A stretch of 64,000 bases of DNA from Waddlia chondrophila WSU 86-1044 (GTDB taxonomy: Bacteria; Chlamydiota; Chlamydiia; Chlamydiales; CAMCWV01). Shown here in pieces: positions 36,560 through 45,074 of this stretch. The number at the start of each line of letters is the position of its first letter. Positions within the stretch are counted from its first letter, which is position 1. The position numbers and the translations under genes are program-made. A model generated the notes under the pieces. It worked only from the letters and a program-made list of their open reading frames with translations, was not told the DNA's origin and searched no databases. The DNA lies in assembly GCA_945882915.1 (NCBI GenBank), contig CAMCWV010000003.1, positions 64,785-128,784 of the forward strand, written 5' to 3'.

Positions 36560-39500
36560 ATGAAACAGCCGGACATCCTAACTAGCGAGAAGCTCCAAGC
36601 GTTTCAAGCCGACCTCAAGCAAGGCAAATCTATCCTCATTGAAGGGCTTTGGGACACTCCCAAAGCAATCATCGCCTCTCTTGCCCAAAGAGCTACGCAA
36701 AAGCACATCCTGATTGTTACCGGAGGTGCCAGAGAAAGCCGACTATACGACGACTTCCCCTTCCTCCACGAAGGATCTGTTGTCGAGTTCCCTGCATGGG
36801 AGACGCTCCCCTCTGAACTTATCGCCCCTAGCCCTGATATCGTCGGCATTCGCTACCAAGCGCTCCACAAAATCATCACAGCCACCTCTCCGCTGATCAT
36901 CTTGTGCCCTTTGCAGGCGTGCCTTCAAAAGACAGCCCCTCCAAAGATGCTTGCATCTCTTTACCTTCCCATTCGGGTCGGGGAAAAGATCTCCTTCGAC
37001 AAGCTCCCTTCCAAGCTCACAGCCATGGGTTATGAGCGGTGCGCCGTTGCTGCCGATAAAGGAGAGTTTGCCGTTCGTGGCGGAATCATTGACATCTTCC
37101 CCGTCTCTGAAGCAGATCCCGTCCGCATCGAATTTTGGGATGATGATGTCGAGTCGATCCGTTTTTACGACCCTGTAGGGCAAAAATCAATGCGCAAGGC
37201 GGAGTCAATCACCATCACTCCGGCGCAAGAGCTCGAGCTCATCAACAAACAAGGCTCAGAAAAAGGGTCGCTTGCTACATTATGTGACTATCTAGGAAAC
37301 AATACTCTTGTTTTACTTGACGACCTCCTAGCTCTTGAAGATCGCTACATCTCTCTCCAGTCGATACCAGGGGCTATTTCTAGATCTTTTGTAAGCTTCC
37401 AAGACTTTCTTAAAGAGATAGCTCCCCTGCAAAAGATCTTCCTCTCACAATCTTCTGTCGAATCTCTTAGCGAAATTCGCCATGTCGACAAAGAGACCAT
37501 TGCATTTGAGATGTTCACCCATGTGCTCAAAGCAAAGCGTTGGCAGCACCCTTTCTTCCGCGTAACCGACTATGTACTCACCGACGAGCTGATCTCTGAA
37601 GAGGTCTCTGGAGAGACCATCTTACAAGGGCTTTCTCAATTTGAAAAGAGCCCGATTAAGCTCCGCTTTCTCTCTTCAACGGCTATTGAAGAAAAGCGTC
37701 TAAGGGATCAGCTTGCAAGCAATGGCGTTCCCCTGCCGGCAAACACCGAATTTGTTTCAGGCTACCTCTCAAGCGGCTTTGTCCTGCCAGACATCCCCCT
37801 TCTTGTCATTCCGCAGCCTGAGCTAACCCACAGACACCGGCTGCGCAGAGAAAAGATGCGGGGCACAGTCCACACACCTCCCTCTGTTCATTACGAGCTG
37901 ACCCCGGGCGATCTTGTCGTTCACTTCAATAATGGGATTGGGAAGTACCTCGGGATCGAAAACCAATTAAATGTGCATGGGATCCAATCGGAATACCTCG
38001 TTATTGAATACGCTGAGAACGGAAAGCTTTTTGTTCCACTAACGCAGTCCCATCTTGTCAGCAAATACATTGGCTCACACGACGAAACACCAAGACTGCA
38101 CACCATTGGAAACGCCCGGTGGAAACAGACCAAAGCGCGCACAGAAAAAGCGATTGCAGGATATGCTAAAGACCTTCTTAAGATGTACGCGGAAAGGGAT
38201 ATTCATGGCGGGTATATCTTTGACTCCGACAGCGAAATGCTCCAAAACTTTGAAGAGGACTTCCCCTACAGCGAAACGGAAGACCAACTCCAAGCTATCT
38301 CCTCAATTAAACAAGACATGTGCTCAAACAATGCCATGGATAGGCTTATCTGTGGAGATGTCGGCTACGGAAAGACAGAAGTGGCCATGCGCGCTGCATT
38401 CAAAGCTGTGGTTGATGGGCCCAAACAAGTAGCGGTCCTCGTACCTACAACAGTGCTTGCCATGCAGCACTACGAAACCTTTGTAGAAAGGATGAGCAAT
38501 TTTCCAGTACGCATTGGCGTCCTCTCTCGCTTTCGGACATCAAAAGAGATCAAAGAAACGCTTGAAGGAGTTGCAAACGGCTCCGTTGACATTCTGATTG
38601 GGACGCACCGGATTATTAGCGACGATGTGATCTTCCAGAATTTAGGGCTTATCATCATCGATGAAGAGCAGCGGTTTGGTGTACGTGCCAAGGAACACCT
38701 CAAAACCAGAAAAATCGGAGTCGACTGCCTGACGCTCTCGGCAACGCCTATTCCTCGGACGCTTTATATGTCGCTTATTGGCGCGCGCGACATGTCAACA
38801 ATCAGCACTCCTCCGCAGGACAGACTTCCTATTAAAACAGTCCTTTGCGAATCAAATGAGCAGGTCATTCAAAACGCTCTGCTGCGAGAGCTGTCTCGCG
38901 ATGGACAAGCTTATGTGATCCACAACAGAGTCGATTCAATCTTTGATGTCGCCTCGCGCATAAAAAAAGCCATTCCCCAAGCACGTGTTGTCGTTGGGCA
39001 TGGGCAGATGAGCTCTGATGAAATAGACTCTGTTTTCCACGCTTTTAAAAGTGGCTCTGCAAATATTCTTGTTGCGACGACGATTGTAGAAAACGGCATC
39101 GACATCCCAAATGCTAACACCATCATCATTGATAGAGCTGACCAGTTTGGCATGGCTGACCTCTACCAGCTTCGAGGACGCGTCGGCAGATGGAACCGAA
39201 GAGCTTATGCCTACTTTCTGACACCTGCCAACAAATCGCTTCCTGAGCTCACACAAAAAAGACTTGCGGCTCTTGCTCAAACAGGAGGTTACGGCGGAGG
39301 GATGAAAGTCGCCATGCGCGACTTGGAAATTCGGGGCGCTGGGGATATTTTAGGAACTGAGCAATCGGGACATGTCTCTTCAATAGGCTTCCATCTCTAC
39401 TGCAAGCTGCTTAGAAGAACTATCGAGACCCTGCAAGGCAAAACGCCCTACACCATCACTGAAACAAGAATCGACTTCCCTCAAGAAGCGCGCATTCCAG

Positions 39501-39838
39501 AAACTTATGTCAACGAAACAAGCTTGCGGATGGAGCTCTATCAGAGGCTTGGAGAGGCGCTTTCATTTGAGGATGTCGATGGCATCTTAGAAGAGATGAA
39601 GGACCGCTTTGGAAAGCCTCCGCTGCCCATTATGTGGCTCTACCACTTAACAAGGCTGCGCGTCTTCGCCTCGCAAAACCACTTCACGCTCCTAAAGCTA
39701 GACAACATCTCTCTTACTGCAGAGCAAAAAGCAGGCGAGCAAAGCATCATTAAGCGGGTCATTGTCCCCACAAAAGCCGTCCCTGCAGAGCTCGAAAAGC
39801 AGACCATCAAAGCCCTTAAAAAAGCATTCGACCTATAA
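36560..39838 (+). CDS. mfd: Transcription-repair coupling factor
   Basis: 1092 aa. Motifs: CGDVGYGKTEVA, DEEQRFGV, QLRGRVGR. Confidence 0.95.
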   Translation: MKQPDILTSEKLQAFQADLKQGKSILIEGLWDTPKAIIASLAQRATQKHILIVTGGARESRLYDDFPFLHEGSVVEFPAWETLPSELIAPSPDIVGIRYQALHKIITATSPLIILCPLQACLQKTAPPKMLASLYLPIRVGEKISFDKLPSKLTAMGYERCAVAADKGEFAVRGGIIDIFPVSEADPVRIEFWDDDVESIRFYDPVGQKSMRKAESITITPAQELELINKQGSEKGSLATLCDYLGNNTLVLLDDLLALEDRYISLQSIPGAISRSFVSFQDFLKEIAPLQKIFLSQSSVESLSEIRHVDKETIAFEMFTHVLKAKRWQHPFFRVTDYVLTDELISEEVSGETILQGLSQFEKSPIKLRFLSSTAIEEKRLRDQLASNGVPLPANTEFVSGYLSSGFVLPDIPLLVIPQPELTHRHRLRREKMRGTVHTPPSVHYELTPGDLVVHFNNGIGKYLGIENQLNVHGIQSEYLVIEYAENGKLFVPLTQSHLVSKYIGSHDETPRLHTIGNARWKQTKARTEKAIAGYAKDLLKMYAERDIHGGYIFDSDSEMLQNFEEDFPYSETEDQLQAISSIKQDMCSNNAMDRLICGDVGYGKTEVAMRAAFKAVVDGPKQVAVLVPTTVLAMQHYETFVERMSNFPVRIGVLSRFRTSKEIKETLEGVANGSVDILIGTHRIISDDVIFQNLGLIIIDEEQRFGVRAKEHLKTRKIGVDCLTLSATPIPRTLYMSLIGARDMSTISTPPQDRLPIKTVLCESNEQVIQNALLRELSRDGQAYVIHNRVDSIFDVASRIKKAIPQARVVVGHGQMSSDEIDSVFHAFKSGSANILVATTIVENGIDIPNANTIIIDRADQFGMADLYQLRGRVGRWNRRAYAYFLTPANKSLPELTQKRLAALAQTGGYGGGMKVAMRDLEIRGAGDILGTEQSGHVSSIGFHLYCKLLRRTIETLQGKTPYTITETRIDFPQEARIPETYVNETSLRMELYQRLGEALSFEDVDGILEEMKDRFGKPPLPIMWLYHLTRLRVFASQNHFTLLKLDNISLTAEQKAGEQSIIKRVIVPTKAVPAELEKQTIKALKKAFDL

Positions 39839-39850
39839 ATGCTTTGCACC

Positions 39851-39997
39851 TATACTCCGCTTAGCTGAAAACGGGAAAAATCATCCTAAACAAGCGCTTG
39901 CCCTTTCTAGAAGGTAACCCTTTAATTGCTACGGGCTTCTTCTCTTTTTCTCTTTTGTGCGCCGTCCAAATTCCCATTTTCAGCTAAGAGGAGTATA
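39851..39997. repeat. PE-A with foreign central cargo (deleted version of the 56100 cargo, inverted)
   Basis: TIRs are TATACTCCGCTTAGCTGAAAACGGGAA and TTCCCATTTTCAGCTAAGAGGAGTATA. The centre matches the reverse complement of parts of 56140-56320. Confidence 0.8.
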
Positions 39998-40009
39998 TGT
40001 CCGATTAAA

Positions 40010-40861
40010 TCAGCCTGGAGTTGTAACAGCTTCGTGCTCAAATTCTTGCGCAGCTTCCGGTTTGGTGGGGCTACCGCGGAAGGCACCCTTGCTGTGCTTT
40101 TCCTGAAGCCCGCGAAGATGCTGGAGAATCCTAATACCAGCATCTACGTGAGCATCCATATACGTCGCAAAGATCTGCTCTGAACTTGCCTTTGTCTTCG
40201 CCCCTTCACGGAAGAGCGGTAAATCTGAAATAAGGAGCAAAGCTCCAACAGGAAGCTTGTACCGGTAACTTGCCGTAAACACCGTTGCACATTCCATTTC
40301 AACCGCTTGTGCATGCGTCCGCTTCAGCTCTTCTTTGAACCTGTCGTTAAACTCCCAAAAGCGGATGTTAGTCGTATAGGTGATCCCAATGTGGTAATTA
40401 ATATGCTCTTGATCGAGAATGTTTGTTACCGCTTTTTGCACTAAAAAGTTTGCCATAGCAGGAACTTCAGGGGGCAAATAAAAATCAGAGGTCCCCTCTT
40501 TTCGGATCCCAGCAACAGGCAAGAAGTACTCGCCTACTGAATAATGCTTACGAAGCCCCCCACACATCCCGAGAAGAAGAGCCGCTTTAAATGGCGTCCG
40601 GGCGCAAAGATCTATCACAAAAGCTGCCGCTGGCGAACCAATCTTAAAATCCAAAATACTGATCCCAACAGCTGGAGCATGCGCTGCCGTAAACATCGAT
40701 CCTGTGGTCACAGGAACCCCATATTTTTCAGCAAAATAGATGACGTATTTTGGAAAGTTAGTCAGTAGTAAGTAGGGCTGAAAGTCTTCTACCTTGGAGC
40801 CGGAGTACCTGTGCAAGGCATCTTTAGCCACTTTTAATTCGCTGTATAGTTCGTTATCCAT
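40010..40861 (-). CDS. amn: AMP nucleosidase-like protein (PNP_UDP_1 catalytic domain only)
   Basis: 283 aa. YLLLTNFPKYVIYFAEKYG resembles E. coli Amn VLTNFQRYVDEF. The nucleoside phosphorylase core is GMCGGL..VGEY. The last ~10 codons lie in repeat-like DNA. Confidence 0.75.
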   Translation of the reverse strand: MDNELYSELKVAKDALHRYSGSKVEDFQPYLLLTNFPKYVIYFAEKYGVPVTTGSMFTAAHAPAVGISILDFKIGSPAAAFVIDLCARTPFKAALLLGMCGGLRKHYSVGEYFLPVAGIRKEGTSDFYLPPEVPAMANFLVQKAVTNILDQEHINYHIGITYTTNIRFWEFNDRFKEELKRTHAQAVEMECATVFTASYRYKLPVGALLLISDLPLFREGAKTKASSEQIFATYMDAHVDAGIRILQHLRGLQEKHSKGAFRGSPTKPEAAQEFEHEAVTTPG

Positions 40862-40873
40862 AAATTAACCGTG

Positions 40874-41119
40874 TTAGGAGTCGTGCTTAGATTCTGGTTT
40901 AGATTCTGGTTTAGATTCTGGTGTTTTGCCTTTTTTCTTAGAGAATCTGGAAATAAATTGCGATAGCATTCCCGGAGAATCTGAAGGATCAGGGTGATGC
41001 GCCTCTCCCCATCCTGCAATTTCATGCATCTCACAACCAACAATCCCCTTGCCAATTTCAACATGAAGATTCTTTGTCTGCGTATCCTGAGGATAGTCGC
41101 TATAGAGGTTTTGCCACAT
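40874..41119 (-). CDS. Small hypothetical protein with C-terminal (P)ESK tandem repeat
   Basis: 81 aa. Lies 12 nt upstream of amn on the same strand. Contains GCEMHEIAGWGEAHH and ends in KTPESKPESKPESKHDS. Confidence 0.45.
   Translation of the reverse strand: MWQNLYSDYPQDTQTKNLHVEIGKGIVGCEMHEIAGWGEAHHPDPSDSPGMLSQFISRFSKKKGKTPESKPESKPESKHDS
40887..40922. repeat. 3 x 12-bp perfect tandem repeat (TTAGATTCTGGT) encoding the PESK repeats
   Basis: Read directly from the sequence. Lies in-frame within the 81-aa ORF. Confidence 0.9.
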
Positions 41120-41178
41120 ACTAAATCTTTATTTACTCTGTTACTAACCTAATCCAAATAGGCACTTTAGAGTCCTTA

Positions 41179-41342
41179 TATACTCCTCGTAGCTGAAAAT
41201 GGGAACTTGAACGGCGCCAAAGCCCCGGGGCTGAACGATCGCAAGTGCCCTTTGCATTTCTAATACTAAGGCACTTACGATCGTTCAGCCGCGGGAGCTT
41301 TCGCGCTAGCCCAAATTCCCGCTTTCAACTACGAGGAGTATA
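41179..41342. repeat. PE-A long form (archetype)
   Basis: Complete three-module nested palindrome. Confidence 0.9.
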
Positions 41343-41461
41343 TGTATTTTTTTTGTAATCTTCCAGAAAAATTCGGCTAGACAGGTTTCGAAGAAAGCTC
41401 TTATACTGCCTTTTTTTACTTAATTTTTACTCATAAAGCTATTTTTTTCAGGGGTTTTCTC

Positions 41462-42046
41462 ATGGCAAAGCAAACAGACACAAGCGAAGTATGCAAAGGG
41501 TTTAAAATCCTGATTGACGGACAGCCCTATAACGTCCTAGAACGGACGCACAATAAGCCTGGTAAGGGCCGGGCAACCACTGTATTGCGCACGAAGAACC
41601 TACTCACAGGGGCCGTGATTGAGCGCACCTTTACATCAGGCGCAAAGCTCGATCTTGCCGACACCGAAGAAAAACAGATGCGACTCTCATACGTAGACAC
41701 AACTTCAACCGAAGCTGTATTTATGGATGAGAAAACCTATGAAACTCTAAACATTCACTTTGACACTGTAGGCGAGACAAAGGACTGGCTCCTAGACGAC
41801 AGAATCTACAAAGTCTTATTCTTCAACGGCAACGCTATCGCCGTCGAAGCTCCAACATTCATGGAAATGGAAATCATCCAAAGTGACCCTGGCGCTAAAG
41901 GGAACACAGCTCAAGGCAACGTAAAAAAACCAGCTACACTCGAAAGCGGTGCTGTAATACAGGTTCCTATCTTTGTTGAACAAGGAGAAAGCATTATCGT
42001 CGACACCCGTACAGGAACATTCGAAAGCCGCGCTAAAACAAAGTAA
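41462..42046 (+). CDS. efp: Elongation factor P
   Basis: 194 aa. The loop KPGKGRA carries the modifiable Lys. Confidence 0.9.
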   Translation: MAKQTDTSEVCKGFKILIDGQPYNVLERTHNKPGKGRATTVLRTKNLLTGAVIERTFTSGAKLDLADTEEKQMRLSYVDTTSTEAVFMDEKTYETLNIHFDTVGETKDWLLDDRIYKVLFFNGNAIAVEAPTFMEMEIIQSDPGAKGNTAQGNVKKPATLESGAVIQVPIFVEQGESIIVDTRTGTFESRAKTK

Positions 42047-42981
42047 TGAAACTCGCTATTCTTCGCGACCGGGCTGATATGCTCGCTAAAGCACGCCGCT
42101 TCTTCTCTGATCTCTGCGTGCTTGAAGTTGACGTCCCTCTTTTGTGCCAAGGCGCCTCTATCGACGCCCATATCGACCTGATCCCCGCTGAGCCTTGTGA
42201 TGGAAAGCGCCGCTACCTCCACTCCTCTCCTGAATATGGAATTAAACGCCTTCTTGCAGCCGGCATGGGCGACTGTTACCAGCTAGCCCACGTCTTTCGG
42301 GATGAAGAATGCGGAGAAAGACACAATCCCGAATTTATGATGGCAGAGTGGTACCGCCTCAACATCTCCTTTGAGACGATGATTAGAGAGACCGTCGACT
42401 TTGTTAAACTATTCATTGGCGACCACCCCTACAAAACCATCACCTACCGTGAGGCCTATAAGCAGTACGCTGGCGTCGACTACGTTCACGCCTCTAATGA
42501 AGAGCTTCTAAAAGCTGTTAAAGCAACAGGAACCATCCCTTACAAAAGTTTGCTCACTGATGGCAAGAATGATCTTCTAAATATGTTGATGATTTTCGCT
42601 ATCGAGCCTGCCCTAAAAAAAGAGGGACTCTGCGTCTTATCACATTACCCCGCAGGGCAAGCAGCACTAGCCCGCAAGATCCGTATTGGCGATGAAGAGG
42701 CTGCTGAACGTTTTGAGGTCTATTACAGAGGCCTTGAACTTGCCAATGGCTACCACGAGCTTTCTGATGCTAAAGAGCAGAGAATCCGTTTTGTAGAGAG
42801 CAACCAAGAGCGAACGCGCCTTGGAAAAGAGCAGCTTCCAATTGATGAGCCCTTCTTAAAAGCTTTAGACAAGCTTCCTGAGTGTTGCGGCGTTGCCGTC
42901 GGCTTTGACCGCCTGATGATGCTCCGGAGCAATTCCACGCACATTAATGACGTCATCCCCTTCGGCTGGGCCACCGCCTAA
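42046..42981 (+). CDS. epmA: EF-P--(R)-beta-lysine ligase EpmA (GenX/PoxA)
   Basis: 311 aa with a class II LysRS-like core (SSPEYGIKRLLAAG, FRDEECGERHNPEFMMAEWY). TAATG overlap with the efp stop. Confidence 0.9.
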   Translation: MKLAILRDRADMLAKARRFFSDLCVLEVDVPLLCQGASIDAHIDLIPAEPCDGKRRYLHSSPEYGIKRLLAAGMGDCYQLAHVFRDEECGERHNPEFMMAEWYRLNISFETMIRETVDFVKLFIGDHPYKTITYREAYKQYAGVDYVHASNEELLKAVKATGTIPYKSLLTDGKNDLLNMLMIFAIEPALKKEGLCVLSHYPAGQAALARKIRIGDEEAAERFEVYYRGLELANGYHELSDAKEQRIRFVESNQERTRLGKEQLPIDEPFLKALDKLPECCGVAVGFDRLMMLRSNSTHINDVIPFGWATA

Positions 42982-43121
42982 GCGGCTCCACGCAGGCTTC
43001 GCCCAAGAAAATCAATTTCAACGCAAAGATGCAAAGAAATACAAGATTTTCACTACAGAGCGGTGAGAAAAATTCTTGTATTTCTCTCACCGCTCACCCT
43101 TTAAAACACTCACTCTTCGGG

Positions 43122-44759
43122 TTAAATCCACTTTTGGACGATGGGGAAGCGCCACCCGATGGTAAACGCCTTCTCGGTAACGCGAAGGCCTGGTGGCATC
43201 TGCCGGCGCTTGTACTCGCTAAAGTGGATCTTCTTTACAATATCCTCCACAAGCTGAAGCGAATACCCATATTTTTTAGCAATCGCTTCAGGAGAACTAT
43301 GCTCTTCCACATATGCTTGAACAATGTTATCGAGAACCGCATAGTCCGGAAGGGAGTCTGAGTCCTTCTGATTCGGTCGTAGCTCGGCAGACGGGGGCTT
43401 TTGAATGGTATTTTGCGGGATCACTTCCCGCTTTCTGTTCACCCAGTTAGACAGAGCGTACACCTGCATTTTTGGGACATCGCTAATCACTGCAAGCCCC
43501 CCACACATATCGCCATACATGGTGCAATAGCCCATAGACAGCTCGCTCTTGTTCCCTGTACTCAAAACAATGTACCCATGCTTATTAGAAAATGCCATTA
43601 AGAGCATCCCGCGAATGCGCGCTTGAATATTCTCTTCAGTAATATCCGAGACCTTCCCCACAAAATGGGGCTCCAACAACTCCAAGTAACTAGAAAATGG
43701 CCCTTCAATAGGGATTTCGGCGTAGCGCATGTTAAGGTTCTTAGCCAGAGCCCGGGAGTCTTCAACGCTCCCTTCAGAAGAGTACCTAGAAGGCATAGTG
43801 ATCCCTAAAATATTGCCGCTTCCAAGAGCTTCCACCGCAATAGCCGCAACAAGCGCAGAGTCAATTCCTCCAGAGAGCCCAAGACACGCCTTTTTAAAGC
43901 CCACTTTACCGAAGTAATCTCTCACGCCCAAAACAAGTGCCTGGTAAAGATCTTCGGTGGGGTTAGGAGCAGGTAGCGGGACAAAAGAGACTTTTACAGA
44001 AGTATCCACAACCAAAAACTCCTCTTCGAATCCCTTACCACACTGGACAAGCTTCCCCTCACCATCTACATGAAGACTATGCCCATCAAAAATAAGGCTG
44101 TCATTTCCACCTACTTGATTACACAAGACTATGGGACAGTGGAGCTGCTTTGCCACCGAAAGCGCCACTTTGAGACGAAGAGCCCATTTGTTAACGCTGT
44201 ATGGAGAGGCTGAAAGATTAATAAGAAGCTCTGGTTTTTCTTTTTGAAGAATCTTTACAGGGTCGTGATGGTAGTAAGAACCAGGAAAAGCGCCTGCCCC
44301 CACCCAGATATCCTCACAAACTGTAATGCCCACGCGCTTGCCGCAAATCTCCCACACCCTAGTTTCAGACGCAGGCTCGAAGTAGCGCCTCTCATCAAAC
44401 ACATCGTAGGTTGGAAGCAAAGACTTGTCCTGAAACCCTACCACCTTGCCATTCTGGATGATTGCTGCAGTATTGAACAAAGGCTTGCCAACATGATGAG
44501 TATTCCTACGGATTGTCCCGACAATCACAGTCAACCCTTTTGAGCCCTCGGCAATTAGATCAAGCTGCGCATCGGCAGCATCAATAAACCCTGACAGATG
44601 GAGGAAGTCCTCTGGAGGATAACCACATACTGCCATTTCCGGCGTGATCACAAGCTCGCAGCTATTTTTACGCGCCTCATCCATCGCTTGCAAAATCTTC
44701 TGAGTATTGGAAGCAAAATGACCAATGGTAGGATTAAGTTGAGCAACAAGAATACGCAT
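43122..44759 (-). CDS. nadE: Glutamine-dependent NAD+ synthetase
   Basis: 545 aa. N-terminal CN-hydrolase domain (ELVITPEM, VCEDIW) plus synthetase domain (GLSGGIDSALVA). Confidence 0.9.
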   Translation of the reverse strand: MRILVAQLNPTIGHFASNTQKILQAMDEARKNSCELVITPEMAVCGYPPEDFLHLSGFIDAADAQLDLIAEGSKGLTVIVGTIRRNTHHVGKPLFNTAAIIQNGKVVGFQDKSLLPTYDVFDERRYFEPASETRVWEICGKRVGITVCEDIWVGAGAFPGSYYHHDPVKILQKEKPELLINLSASPYSVNKWALRLKVALSVAKQLHCPIVLCNQVGGNDSLIFDGHSLHVDGEGKLVQCGKGFEEEFLVVDTSVKVSFVPLPAPNPTEDLYQALVLGVRDYFGKVGFKKACLGLSGGIDSALVAAIAVEALGSGNILGITMPSRYSSEGSVEDSRALAKNLNMRYAEIPIEGPFSSYLELLEPHFVGKVSDITEENIQARIRGMLLMAFSNKHGYIVLSTGNKSELSMGYCTMYGDMCGGLAVISDVPKMQVYALSNWVNRKREVIPQNTIQKPPSAELRPNQKDSDSLPDYAVLDNIVQAYVEEHSSPEAIAKKYGYSLQLVEDIVKKIHFSEYKRRQMPPGLRVTEKAFTIGWRFPIVQKWI

Positions 44760-44863
44760 TAAATTTCCTTCAGAAAAAAGTGAGCAGATTCACTCAGTTG
44801 TAACATTTGTGCTCCCCACAGGGCAAGCCCCCTTACAAGTTCTTACGTCCATGCATGTTTAAA

Positions 44864-44955
44864 TTTTTGAAACACAGAGAACACAGAGAAATAAAATACA
44901 AGAAACTAAAAAAATAAGCCTAAATTTTTAATTTGCCTCTCTGTGTTTCAAAATT
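44864..44955. repeat. PE-B core fragment (small palindrome) upstream of htpG
   Basis: TTTTGAAACACAGAGAACACAGAGAAAT ... CTCTCTGTGTTTCAAAATT. Confidence 0.65.
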
Positions 44956-45074
44956 ACATATCAACTTGTCGAGCTGCTGATATCCATGTCCGAGCCTTGA
45001 CAATAAGCCCCTTTTCACCTAATCTTTCTGATCCATTTCAAACTATTTTTAAACTAACTCAGGTTTTAATCAAT

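Noticed and set aside
39922-40183. ORFs 39922-40143 (minus strand) and 39926-40183 (plus strand)
   Set aside because: They are built from PE-A repeat plus the antisense of the amn 3' end, and contain the repeat-encoded peptide [11 protein letters not shown].
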